Both the position numbers and the translations under genes were made by a program. The notes beneath the pieces were generated by a model, which was not told the origin of the DNA, ran no database searches, and saw only the letters and a program-made list of their open reading frames with translations. A stretch of DNA of 62,532 nucleotides, counting the filler. It is 6 parts of 6 records of this genome, joined end to end, with 100 filler letters (N's around TTAATTAATTAA, not from the genome) between each part and the next. Parts side by side here need not be neighbours in the genome. Positions count along the whole stretch, not along the records: positions 1 to 23,892 come from SRR31147125_18034; 5 more parts are not named here. One strand, 5' to 3'. Of this stretch, positions 1 to 10,886 are shown piece after piece (positions within the stretch are counted from its first letter, which is position 1; every line of letters starts with the position of its first letter).

Positions 1-890
1 TTTACATCCGAATAGAGCAGCTCGTCACGAGAGGTGTCGAAACCGAGGAAAACCGTTCGAACTTCCATACCCTGGATGGATTTGAAACCGGGAGTCTTTT
101 TAACGCGCTGTACGTCCTGAATGGGAACCGGATAAATCATGTCCAGTTCACCTGAGAGCAGTGACGCAATTCTCGTCGCATCCGATTTGATCGGTGTGAA
201 AATAGCCTCAGTGATATTATCTACACGTTTATCCCACCAGTTGGGGTTGGGGACCAGGACCGTTTTAACCTGGGGCTCGCGACTTTTCAGCATGAACGGA
301 CCAGTTCCGTTGGTATGCCTCGTCGCATAGGTTTCCTCGTTGCCCGAAGTAAAACCAGCGACACTGGCGCTGTTGTTTTCCTCACACCACTTCTTCGGCA
401 TGATGTACCAGCGGAACATGTCGTTTAACAGCAGCGGCCACGGCCCATTGGTGTAAATTTCGATAGTATGATCGTCAACTTTCTTGATCTCCTTAATTCC
501 GGCAACAAATGCCTTCAAGTCAGAGCCCTTGCTGTTGACGCGCTCAAATGAGAAAATAACATCGTCGGCGGTGAACGGGCTGCCGTCATGAAATGTGACG
601 CCCTTGCGCAGGTTAAATCGCCACATGTCCGGTTCTACCACTTCCCAGCTTTCCGCAAGGGACGGCTCGATGCTCTCATCTTTGGCATGTCGCACCAATC
701 CCTCGTAGACATTCGCGGTAAACCCAAGGGTCATCGTGTTATTCATTGTATACGGGTCCATCGATCCCGCATCCGATTGGAACGCCCACTTGAAGGTGTT
801 CGCATGCACCGGAATCGAAACAGCAATCAGGGTCAATGCAAGTAGCACCGCTCTTGCTACCGTTCGGGGAATAGGTGATCTTGTTGTCAT
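1..890 (-). CDS. ABC transporter substrate-binding protein, family 5 (dipeptide/oligopeptide), 3'-truncated by window edge
   Basis: Manual translation from ATG 890 (GGAGG RBS at about 898-902): signal peptide MTTRSPIPRTVARAVLLALTLIAVSIPVHA, then SMDPY...NVYEGLV...EPSLAESWE...WRFNLRKGVTFHDGSPFTADDVIFSFER, the SBP_bac_5 signature. Missing from the ORF track because there is no stop in the window. Confidence 0.92.
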   Translation of the reverse strand, partial: MTTRSPIPRTVARAVLLALTLIAVSIPVHANTFKWAFQSDAGSMDPYTMNNTMTLGFTANVYEGLVRHAKDESIEPSLAESWEVVEPDMWRFNLRKGVTFHDGSPFTADDVIFSFERVNSKGSDLKAFVAGIKEIKKVDDHTIEIYTNGPWPLLLNDMFRWYIMPKKWCEENNSASVAGFTSGNEETYATRHTNGTGPFMLKSREPQVKTVLVPNPNWWDKRVDNITEAIFTPIKSDATRIASLLSGELDMIYPVPIQDVQRVKKTPGFKSIQGMEVRTVFLGFDTSRDELLYSDV

Positions 891-969
891 TAAATTGCCT
901 CCTGGTTTGGATTTTATTGTTCAAACATCGTTCGCCCAACGCAAACAAACAGAATCAATCCTTGTACTA

Positions 970-985
970 TACATATATCATGCCA
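970..985 (-). promoter_or_regulatory. possible sigma-54 (-24/-12) promoter for the SBP gene
   Basis: Minus strand TGGCATGATATATGTA versus consensus TGGCACGNNNNTTGCW. Spacing is correct but -12 is GT instead of GC; about 80 nt upstream of the start. Confidence 0.35.
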
Positions 986-1421
986 GATTCCTCATCAGAG
1001 ATCCTGGCTCTAATATCCTTTTCCCCCAACTCCCATTATATAAGCAGATACACGATACGCTGATATGCGCACGGACAATAAACAGGAACACTCAAGCTAC
1101 TCAAGGGTGACATTTTTGTAAAACATTTTGTTGCCCTGTCACCGAAATAACTAAAAAGTACTATTCCAACAATGCAACAATGCAGTACGCCTCCTGACCA
1201 TCAACCGTCCGTTGCCCTCCATCGATCTACTTAATATCCAGCCCTTATTTCCCTTTCCAGGAAATGACGGGCAACGAAAATGTATCAGGAAGAATCCTGA
1301 CAGATGGTCCTCCAGGATCTTGGGGAGCGTATTTTACGGTGACATGCCGATTTACGCAAAAATGTTTGAACCGGTCCCACCTTCCCTCACCGCCCTGCCC
1401 TCATCTGACGTACTGCCTCGT

Positions 1422-2582
1422 TTATGCGAGAAGATCCAGTATCATCCGACAGTGCAATTCAACCCCGGTGAGCAATACGTCCTCATTGAAGTCAAAGCGG
1501 CTGTTGTGAAGCGGGAATCCCGTTTCTCTGCCTGTTCCGAGAAAGCAATAGCACCCCTGCGAACGTTCCAGGAAGAACGACATGTCCTCGCCGCCCATGG
1601 TCATTTCAGGCTCTACGACCTTCTGCGATTCGACAATCCGAGAAGCGACATCGGCTGCCCTGGCGGCCATATCACCGTCATTGACAGTCGGCGGGTAGCC
1701 CTGCGTGAAGTTAAGCTCGTAATTGGCCCCCATCGCATCACAGACCCCTCTGACGATAGTGTCGATCCGGTCCGGCCAGCTTTCCCATATGGCTCGATCA
1801 AACGTCCTGGTTGTTCCCGTGATCTTGACAAAATCCGGAACTATATTGAAAGCGGTGCCGCCGTTGAAAGAACCAATTGTCAAAACACTGGGATTGAGCG
1901 GGTTCATCTGGCGGCTGACGACCCGCTGCAACGCATTGACTACTTGGACAGCCACGTCGATAGAATCGATGCACATATGGGGCATAGCACCATGACCGCC
2001 TTTCCCTTTGATCGTCAGCTCAAACCGGTCCATTGCAGCCATCAGCGGTCCTGCTTTAACCCCGATAGTCCCTTCCGGCAAAGCTGGCCACAGGTGAACC
2101 CCTAGAGAATAGTCAACTGCCGGGTTTTCCATGACGCCTTCGTCGATCATCGGCTTGGCGCCTCCCGGACTCTCCTCGGCCGGTTGAAATACGAATTTAA
2201 CCTTCCCGTTGATCCGGTCTTTCAATTCTTTGAGGACAAGAGCCGCGCCCAGCACCATCGCCATATGCCCGTCATGGCCACACGCATGCATAGTGCCCTG
2301 ATGGATGGAAGCAAATTCCAGCCCAGTCTCCTCTTTGATCGGCAGGGCATCCATGTCCGATCTCAGAAGCACGGTCTTCCCTCCTTCTGACCCGGACATC
2401 AGACCAACGACACCGGTGCGGGCCATACCCGTCTGGACTTCGAGGCCGAACGTATTCAGCTGCTTGGTAATAAACGCCGCAGTTTTTCTCTCCTCATAGG
2501 CGGTTTCCGGTATTTTATGCAGCTCCCGTCGGTAATTGATAATAGTATGCTTTGCCTGATCTAATATTTTTTTCAGTTCCAC
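1422..2582 (-). CDS. M20 family amidohydrolase (N-acyl-amino acid amidohydrolase/hippurate hydrolase-like)
   Basis: RRELHKIPE, LRSDMDALP, MHACGHDGH, FQPAEE, GGHGAMPH, GGEDMSF and LHNSRFDF motifs. Confidence 0.95.
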   Translation of the reverse strand: MELKKILDQAKHTIINYRRELHKIPETAYEERKTAAFITKQLNTFGLEVQTGMARTGVVGLMSGSEGGKTVLLRSDMDALPIKEETGLEFASIHQGTMHACGHDGHMAMVLGAALVLKELKDRINGKVKFVFQPAEESPGGAKPMIDEGVMENPAVDYSLGVHLWPALPEGTIGVKAGPLMAAMDRFELTIKGKGGHGAMPHMCIDSIDVAVQVVNALQRVVSRQMNPLNPSVLTIGSFNGGTAFNIVPDFVKITGTTRTFDRAIWESWPDRIDTIVRGVCDAMGANYELNFTQGYPPTVNDGDMAARAADVASRIVESQKVVEPEMTMGGEDMSFFLERSQGCYCFLGTGRETGFPLHNSRFDFNEDVLLTGVELHCRMILDLLA

Positions 2583-2918
2583 CGTTCAGATATCCTTCAT
2601 GTATAGTTTTAGCGGATTAGACAGATTAGCGATAAACTCTCTTACATGTAATCGAAGAGTCAGGGATAACCATCCTTCGTCAGGCCTCAAGATAAAACTA
2701 AACATATTGATAATACAAGGATGGATGAGTTAGACTGCCCCCTGCATAAGTAAATAAATAGAAAAACCTGCTTAACAAGTGGGGAGATACCTCATTAACG
2801 TACTATGCAGCCGGCCAGCCGCACGCTTCCAATACATTTGCTTTCCTCATTTGGCACAATGACGTGCGATTGCATATGAGGCCAAAATTTCTATCAATCA
2901 TCTGAATTACCGCGGGAC

Positions 2919-3434
2919 ATGGAACAGATCAAAATTACAACTGGATACGCGCCCGGCGCCATAGGCAGGATCGCAGAACTGCACAGCATATACTACAACA
3001 GAGAGTGGAATTTCGGTCTGTTCTTCGAATCAAAAGTTGCAATGGAACTCTGTGCTTTTCTGGAAAGATATGAACCGGCCCGCGATTGTATGTTGCTTGC
3101 CTATTCTGAAAACCGCATTGAAGGTTCCATCATTATTGACGGCATTCATGCCGGAACGAAAGGCGCCCATTTACGATGGTTTATCCTTTCGGACACAATA
3201 CGAAGCCAGGGAATCGGAACCCGACTCATCGACGAGGCCATCGAGTTCTGCAGGAAAAAGAACTATCACAAGACGTACCTCTGGACATTTGAAGGGTTGG
3301 GGGCAGCCAGACACCTGTATGAACAGCATGGCTTTGTTTTGAAAGAGGAACAGAGAGGAGAACAGTGGGGAAGCATCGTCAATGAGCAATACTTCGAGCT
3401 GCTTGATACCTCCCCAGTTAAATCAGAAAGCTGA
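2919..3434 (+). CDS. GNAT family N-acetyltransferase (resembles the C-terminal domain of MarR-GNAT proteins)
   Basis: AHLRWFIL...RSQGIGTRLI acetyl-CoA motif; LWTFEGLGAARHLYEQHGF. Confidence 0.9.
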   Translation: MEQIKITTGYAPGAIGRIAELHSIYYNREWNFGLFFESKVAMELCAFLERYEPARDCMLLAYSENRIEGSIIIDGIHAGTKGAHLRWFILSDTIRSQGIGTRLIDEAIEFCRKKNYHKTYLWTFEGLGAARHLYEQHGFVLKEEQRGEQWGSIVNEQYFELLDTSPVKSES

Positions 3435-3475
3435 TTGTCCTCAATATCGCATGAGCTATGTAAAGTTCGTACAGG

Positions 3476-4661
3476 TCAATTGTTTTTCTTCAGACAAGTT
3501 TTCAATATAGAAAACATTTCCTCAATTTCCTTCTTCGATACAATCAGCGGCGGTATCAATCGAATAGATTTTTCTTGTGGAGAATTGACAATAAGTCCTT
3601 TGCTCAAACATTGACGGACGACATCGCCTCCATGTGAGTGCAGTAGATCAAACCCCAGCAAGAGTCCTTTACCTCTGATGTTCGTAATTTCGTATTGTCG
3701 GGACAAGTCGTTAAGCTGATTTTTGATAAACTGACCCATTTCATGACAATGCTCGACCAGTTTTTTATCCAACAACTCCTTAAGCACCGCTAACCCAACC
3801 GCCATTGACAGCGGCTGGCCGGTGTAGGTGCCGCCCTGCTCACCCGGTTCAAAGATATTGAGTCTTTCTTTAGCGAGTACGGCAGATAGCGGGAAGCCTC
3901 CCCCTATCCCTTTGCCCAGGGTCACTATGTCCGGTTCAATACCATAGTGCTCGTAACAGAACATTTTCCCGGTCCGCCCCATACCTGTCTGTATCTCATC
4001 AAAAATCAGCAGGATATCATTCTCATTACAGAAGATACTGATATTTTGGATGAAATCGTCGGTTGCAGTGTTAACACCACCCTCGCCCTGGATAGGTTCG
4101 ATCATGATTGCGCACGTTTTATCCGTCGCCAAATTCCTGACCGACTCAAAATCGTTGAAAGCGGCTTTGAGGAACCCCTTTGACTTTGGTTCAAACAGCC
4201 TGTCCCATTGCGGCTTTCCGCTGGCAGACATCGTGGTCAGGGTCCTGCCGTGAAAACCAAGATCGGTAGTGATTATATCTGCGGCACCATCTTTATGGAC
4301 CTCGCCATACTTTCTGGCCAGCTTGATTGCTCCTTCATTTGCTTCAGCCCCGGTAGAAGTAAAAAACGCGGTCAAAACAACACTGGCTGACCAGCAGCTC
4401 TGTATATTCGAGCATCGGCACGTTATAAAACGCCGGGCTCGCATTGACCAGAATACGTGATTGATCAGAAAGGGCCCGTCCAATTACATCGGGAGAATGA
4501 CCGAGGCAATTAACCGCCCAGCCACCAATAAAATCGAGATATTTTTCACCATTCGTATCGAAGAGATACATCCCTCTCCCTTCGCTCATAATGATATCCG
4601 GCCGATTGGTAACTTTGAGTAAATGATTTTCAGCAATTTCAAGTAAGGTTTCTGAGTCCAT
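3476..4661 (-). CDS. argD: acetylornithine aminotransferase-like class III aminotransferase, one frameshift at about 4365 (homopolymer run)
   Basis: N-half (YLDFIGGWAVNCLGH) in ORF 4344-4700 joins C-half (TGAEANEGAIKLARK, FHGRT, EPIQGEGG, DEIQTGMGRTGK, LGKGIGGG) in ORF 3476-4483. Confidence 0.85.
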
Positions 4662-4849
4662 TAACATCCCTTTTTTAGTAATTCTATAAAATTTTCGCAC
4701 GCAACGCAGAGGGTGAGCAAGAAGACAATTTTTTAAGGCAGCCTTGAGCTTTATTACATCTCACATGTTTCCATAAATGAAACTGTTAAGAAACAGAAAG
4801 AACCTCTGGAGAAAAAGATTTTTTGAATGACAGTGGCCACTAACGTATG

Positions 4850-5611
4850 CTATCCGAGCCAGGGTAGAATCGCAGCCGTCAGTTCCGTGTTGCCTGCCAC
4901 GATCCCCTCCTCCGGATACGCGTCGCCGCCGCGGAAATCACATACCGTCCCCCCCGCCTCCTCGATCAGCAGCACACCGGCAGCGATGTCGTAGATATTG
5001 AGGTTGAGTTCCCAGAATCCATCATACTTGCCGCAGGCCACGTAGGCCATATCGATCGCCGCTGAACCGCACCGCCTGATATCGAGAATGCGCGGCACCA
5101 ATCGATTGAAATAGGTGAGGTTGTTGTGCTCCCAGCCGCTCCTCAGGCACGCGAAGCCGGTCGACAGGACCGCCTCCTCGAGTTTCACGCGTTTCGACAC
5201 CGAGATCGGGCTGCCGTTCAAAAAGGCACCGCCGCCCCGCTCGGCGTGAAACAACTGCCCAAGGGCCGGCGCGTAGACCGACGCGACGGTATATGTGCCA
5301 TCGACACGCAGAGCCACACTGATCGAGTAGTAGGGCTGCCCAAAGAGATAGGACGTGGTCCCGTCGATGGGGTCGATGATCCAGCAGCAGCGGGCATCTC
5401 CCTTCGTTGTGCCGTCCTCTTCGCCGATAATGCCGTGGTCCTGATAGGTTTCATTGATCCGCTCGCGCAGGAAACGCTCCACCTGCCTGTCCACCCGGGT
5501 CACGATCTCCTTACCGTTCTTGTATTCGACATCACCGTCCACCAGCTGTTGCTGCTCCGCGGTGCATATCTCTCCCGCCGCCTTCATTTGCGCCAGTAAA
5601 AAATCAAGCAT
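4850..5611 (-). CDS. suhB: inositol monophosphatase family protein
   Basis: IIGEE, WIIDPIDGT, RRCGSAAIDMAYVACG, YDIAAG motifs; overlaps the recD stop. Confidence 0.9.
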   Translation of the reverse strand: MLDFLLAQMKAAGEICTAEQQQLVDGDVEYKNGKEIVTRVDRQVERFLRERINETYQDHGIIGEEDGTTKGDARCCWIIDPIDGTTSYLFGQPYYSISVALRVDGTYTVASVYAPALGQLFHAERGGGAFLNGSPISVSKRVKLEEAVLSTGFACLRSGWEHNNLTYFNRLVPRILDIRRCGSAAIDMAYVACGKYDGFWELNLNIYDIAAGVLLIEEAGGTVCDFRGGDAYPEEGIVAGNTELTAAILPWLG

Positions 5612-7304
5612 GCCATTCCTCTGCTCTGTTTGTAAGTGTTTGCAATCGTTCTGCCAGCCCGCTGTGCCTCACTGTCTTCCTGGAGACACAGGTTGTGCAG
5701 ATCTCTTCTCTCATCACCAGCGTCAACCTCTTTCTGGCCCGGGTCACTGCCGTATAAAGCAGTTCACGACACAGTATCTGATTGTCTGTGTCGGGCAACA
5801 CAACCGTCACATGCTCGAACTCGGAGCCCTGCGATTTGTGAATCGTCATCGCCCACGCTGTTTGCGACGGAGGGATACGACCCGGCGGGTATTTCTGGAG
5901 ACGGCCGCTCCCGCGATCGAACCAGACTCGCAGTTCGCCGCCGCTGTCGGGATCGGGCAGACAGATGCCAATATCCCCGTTAAACAGGGACAGCCGGTGG
6001 TCGTTCGCGGTGATCATCACCGGCTTCCCTGCATACCACTGCGCACCCGGGGAGATCAGGCCCCGTTCTGCGAGCGACCTCTCGACCCGGTGATTGATTT
6101 CCTCGACGCCGTACATCCCCCTGCGCAGCGCACTCAGGACCATGTGTTTGCCAAATAGTGCAAACAGCCGTGGATAGTTCTCACTCCCTTCAACCTTTCT
6201 CGCGTCTCGAATGAAACGTTCGTATTCGGCAGCAATGGCGTCCAGCCATCCCGGCCCGGCAGTGCTCACATCGTCCACGCCAGGATCGCACACCCGTGCC
6301 CACACCGCCTCGGGTTTTCCATCCCTGATATCGGCGGCAAGTGATCCGATGGACTCGTTGAAGCGATAGGTGGTTTTCAGTTGAGCGACATTATCGGTCA
6401 GGCTCTCAATGCAATCCGCCAGGACCGCACCGGATTCAACCGAGGCAAGCTGATCCTTGTCCCCGATGAGAATCAGCCGCGTGTGCGGACTCAGCCCGCT
6501 GACCAATCGCCACATCAAGGCGAGGTCCACCATGGATGCCTCATCGATGACCACCACGTCGAACGGAAGCGGGTTATCCCGGTTATACCGCGGATCTGAG
6601 CCGAAACGGCCCAGGCCGAGCAGCCGGTGGATTGTCACGGCCTCTTCCGGGAAGGCTGCCGTCAGCGACTCGGGTGGGCTCATTCGGTCAAGTTGCGCGC
6701 GGATCGACTCGTTCATCCGCATCGCAGCCTTGCCGGTCGGTGCGGTCAGGCCGATGCGAAAACCGGGCCCGAATCGTCCGATGAGACGTAAGAGTATTCG
6801 CACGATCAGGGTGGTTTTGCCGGTTCCCGGCCCACCGCTGATCACACAGAATCTGCGGTCCAGCGCGATCGCGACCGCATGGTCCTGATGGGGGTCCAGT
6901 CCGCTTCCGGGGCTGTCGATCACGTCGGTATCGCTCGGTATCGGATCAGGCTCCCGGCTCTCCCCCCGGCCGTTCGCCGACATCGCACGCAGCGCTTCGG
7001 CCAGCTCAATCTCATAACGATAATATCGCCCGAAATAAAGTGTATTACCGGACAGTACCAGCGGCGCATGGATTTCATTACCAGACACCTCGCTGGCGGC
7101 GATCGCGGCCCGCTCTTCACCATCGATGTCGATGCGAATATGCCCGAGTGCAATGGCCGATGTCAGGCGCTCGACCACCTTGGTAAATGCACCCTGCAAC
7201 TCGGGTCCAATACCGGCGTGACGAAGCAGAGCAGCGGCCATGAAGCGTGCCGCCGGCGAAACGCGGCCGGACGCGTCCAAGCTGATTGCGTGTCCTTCAG
7301 TCAT
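5604..7304 (-). CDS. recD: exodeoxyribonuclease V alpha subunit
   Basis: ISGGPGTGKTT, TAPTGKAA, TIHRLLG, IDEASMVD, GDKDQLASVE, AMTIHKSQGSEF, LLYTAVTRA. Confidence 0.96.
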   Translation of the reverse strand: MTEGHAISLDASGRVSPAARFMAAALLRHAGIGPELQGAFTKVVERLTSAIALGHIRIDIDGEERAAIAASEVSGNEIHAPLVLSGNTLYFGRYYRYEIELAEALRAMSANGRGESREPDPIPSDTDVIDSPGSGLDPHQDHAVAIALDRRFCVISGGPGTGKTTLIVRILLRLIGRFGPGFRIGLTAPTGKAAMRMNESIRAQLDRMSPPESLTAAFPEEAVTIHRLLGLGRFGSDPRYNRDNPLPFDVVVIDEASMVDLALMWRLVSGLSPHTRLILIGDKDQLASVESGAVLADCIESLTDNVAQLKTTYRFNESIGSLAADIRDGKPEAVWARVCDPGVDDVSTAGPGWLDAIAAEYERFIRDARKVEGSENYPRLFALFGKHMVLSALRRGMYGVEEINHRVERSLAERGLISPGAQWYAGKPVMITANDHRLSLFNGDIGICLPDPDSGGELRVWFDRGSGRLQKYPPGRIPPSQTAWAMTIHKSQGSEFEHVTVVLPDTDNQILCRELLYTAVTRARKRLTLVMREEICTTCVSRKTVRHSGLAERLQTLTNRAEEWHA

Positions 7305-10300
7305 GGTGCACTACCCCAAAACATTCATCCAGTTTCATCAGTGTTGCCTCGTCCGGTCTCCTGCAGAACACGCCGCTGGTCGGCTGCTCCGGATTCATCC
7401 CACGAACAAACAGGTACATGACTGATCCGAAGTGATCGGAATAGCGATACGATGGGTCCCAGTTTCGCAGGTAACGGTGCAGTGCCAGCGTATATATCCA
7501 GTACTGAAGACCATAGTTGTGGGACCGCATGGCCTCGCCCAGACCCGCATCACGGTACGCCCCTGCCGGCCCGAGATAATTGCTCTTGTAGTCGACGATA
7601 TGATAGCGCCCGTCGTGCTTGAAGACGAGGTCGACAAACCCGTTCAGGTAGCCCTCTATCTGCCTGCGGCTCAGCTCCGTCACCGTATCTTCGCCCACCA
7701 GGATGTCGCTTATCGTGCGGGTATTAACCGCATCGAGATGCAGCGTGAACTCCATCTCCTTGATCTGACGTGTTGCACCGATATCGGCGAGCGTGAATGG
7801 AGGAGAACCCGCAACCGGTGACGGCAGCGAAGTCGTCACGGTTCGGGCCAGCAGATCCTGCAACGGTTGCAACGCAATATCGAGCCGGTGCCGTCTGATC
7901 AGCGGAGCGAGGCTTTCCTCGCCGACAGCACGGCGGCCAAGCTCGGTAAACGGAAACAGTTCAAGTGCGTCATGGACCAGGTTGCCGAACCTCACCCCCC
8001 GCGGCAGCGACTCGGCCGCCGGCGCCTCAACCGCCGCATCCGTCTCATCTGCCGCCTTTGTCGGGGCCTCCGGGACAGCCTTCGACCATGCGGCCAGGCC
8101 GGAGAAACTGGTGCGGATCCGGTCGGTCTGAAGCCGTTCCTCCGCATAGTCCCTGGCCTGCAACACGGTGCTATCCTGCTGTCGTCGATAGGCAGTCGCC
8201 GGGTCAACCACCTCCCCCGATATCAGCCGGTACCCGCAGTAAGGCCTGCTCCCGTAATCCCGCAGCATCGTCTGCTGATCCGAGAAACCGCACTCCCCTT
8301 CGGGAAAGAGTATCTTCCTGTCGAAGATGCAAACGCGGATGGACTCGCACTCCATTTCGCGGTATGCGCCCACCCGACGTAGCACCGGAGCCGCGCACGT
8401 GTCAGTGCGACATAAGTCAGTCGCATATCCTCTTCGTTCTCTTCCTCTACCGACAAACGTGCAAACTCATCGAAGCGGTCGGAGCCAAGATCGCAGACAG
8501 CGCCGAGATCCGCGTCGCAGCAGTGAGCCACCGGGGTGTTGCTCATCCCCTTCGCCGTTGCGTAGAGGAACGGGCAGAATACGACCTCATACTCCAAGCC
8601 CTTGGCGCCATGCACGGTTATCACGCTCACCGCGTCGCCGTCGCTCTCGAGACGCAGTTCATCCTCGTTCTCCCTCGATGGACTCACCATCTCACGCTGG
8701 AGCCAGCTCAGCGTCTGGGAAATCGACAGCCGCTGTTCGTCAGCCTGCTGGTGCACCAGTTCCACCAGGTGCTGAATATTGGTGATGCGCCGCTCCGCCT
8801 GGGTTGCTTTGCTCAGGTTGAGAAACACTCGTTCATCTTCGAGCAGACGATTCATCATCGCGAGCAGGCCCGATTCAAGCCAGCGCTGGTGATAGGCAAG
8901 AAAGCGCTCCCGGTAGCTCTCAAGCAGACTGTCGTCGGTAATGACTCGATGAAAGTGATTCCCATCAAGGCCAAACCAATCGCAGCCGAGTGCGGTGGTC
9001 AGCAGGGGAACATTGGTCGGTGCTGCAACCGCCTGCAGCAGTACCAGCAGATCTTTGCACTCCGGGGTTTCCAGAACAGGCTTCCGGCTCGACAGAACTA
9101 CCGGGATTTTCTGCCGACTGAGCTCGTCAAACAAATCTTCTGCCTGCTGGTTGGTCCTGACGAGAATCGAGATATGACAGGGCTTGACCGGTTCGTATCG
9201 ATAGCCGCCGCTCCCATCCGAGCTACGGATCTTCCACCCGTTATCCAGGTCGATGAGACTCAACACTTCGCGCACTACCCATGCCCGGATGAGCGGTTCC
9301 GCATCTTTTTTCGACCACGTCTCCCTGCCGTTCGTGTTCTCATCGAGCTGGCAGTAGATCAGACCGGGCTGCTCCCCGGCTTCATCGACGAGGATTTTCC
9401 TGTCCGCAGCCTGCGGGAAGTTTACCGGCTGATACGGTAAACCGGCAATCTCTGTGTCACTGAAAAACCCGTTGACGGCATCGACCAGGGCGGGGGTCGA
9501 ACGGTAGTTGCAGTCGAGCGTCATCAGTCGATCGACACGCTCGCGTGCCTTGATATAGGAATTGATATCGGCACCCCGGAACCGGTAGATGGCCTGTTTG
9601 GGATCTCCTATCAGGTAGAGGTGATGCTCGCCGTGCCCGAAGAGTCGTGAAAAGATCCCGTACTGTGCCTTATCGGTGTCCTGGAACTCATCGATCAGTG
9701 CAACCCGATAGCGAGCGCCGACAGCCCGGGCCAGACGGGCGCCATCCGGACTCTCCAGGGCCCGCGCAAGATCGGTTATTAATTCGTTGAAACTGAGCCT
9801 GCCTGTCCGATGAAGTCTGCCCGCAAACTCCTCACGGAGAAATCGCGCCAGCTCGACACGCACCGTCAGCACGAGTTGTTCGACCGCGTGGACATAGTCC
9901 TCACCGATGGTATACGGCAGAGCCCAGCCATTCACCAGTTTCCATCGTTCATCGTCGGACTTGATCTTTCGTTTGTTGATCCCTTCAACCAGATTGCCGG
10001 CATCGAGCCCTGAGACAGCGGCGGGTTCAACGGCCGAACCGTGTGTGAACCCGTGATCGAGCGCATCCAGCCACCCTTCATACGCACCGGACACCCCCTT
10101 ATTGAAGTATCCCTGAGACACGGAGTCCTCGAGGTCCGCCCGCAGCATCTCCCCCTGCTCACGCCACCACGCGTGCAACCGGCCTCTCGCCCGATCAACC
10201 GCATCGCATACGTCCGTAAACGGCTCGGTGACCGGAAGCAGCCGGGTCAATGGCCGGTCCGCACCCTTCACCGATTTGATCAGATCCCGCGAGTTTTCAT

Positions 10301-10841
10301 ACGTTCCGATGATGAGCGCGCCATGGCGCTCATCAATCTCGTACATCATTGCACGCCAGAAGTCCTGGAGCAGTTCCGCCTGCAGGGTGGACGTATCAGA
10401 GACCAGATCCATGTCGAAGAGATGCCCGCTCTCCAGGACCTGCTCGGAGAGCACCCGCTGGCAAAAGCCGTGGATCGTGTGGATCGGCGCGGCATCGACG
10501 TCGAGCAGTGCCAGATCAATCCGCTTTTGAGCCTGCTTGAGGTCGGGGAGTGTTTTCACCCACTCCCGCAGGACTTCGTCCGGCGCATCGATGTGCCCGT
10601 GCAGCACATTCCTCGTATCGGCCAGGCGCTGCCGCACCCGCCCGCGGAGCTCGCGGGTCGCCGCATCGGTAAACGTGACGGTGAGGATCTCTTTGATGTC
10701 GATGCCGCACTCGACAACCGCGCGCAGAACCAGCATGCTGATCGCGAAGGTCTTGCCGGTTCCGGCGCTGGCCTCGACGAGTGTGGTTCCCACCTGCAGC
10801 GGTGTCCGGGCGCCGTCGAAGATATCTATCGAACCAGCCAC
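7297..10841 (-). CDS. recB: exodeoxyribonuclease V beta subunit, one frameshift near 8315
   Basis: EASAGTGKT, TFTDAATRELR, TIHGFC, IDEFQDTD, GDPKQAIYRFRGAD, TVHGAKGLE, YVALTRA in ORF 8223-10841; nuclease domain (GFVDLVF...IVDYKSN, YGLQY) in ORF 7297-8385. Confidence 0.94.
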
Positions 10842-10886
10842 AAGCTCTGCCCCCCGCGAATTACGGCACCGCCTTCCCTCTGCCCA

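Noticed and set aside
2851..2873. TGGCAC sigma-54 promoter candidates before the GNAT gene (and at 49371 before pilR)
   Set aside because: GG-to-GC spacing is not the required 10 nt.
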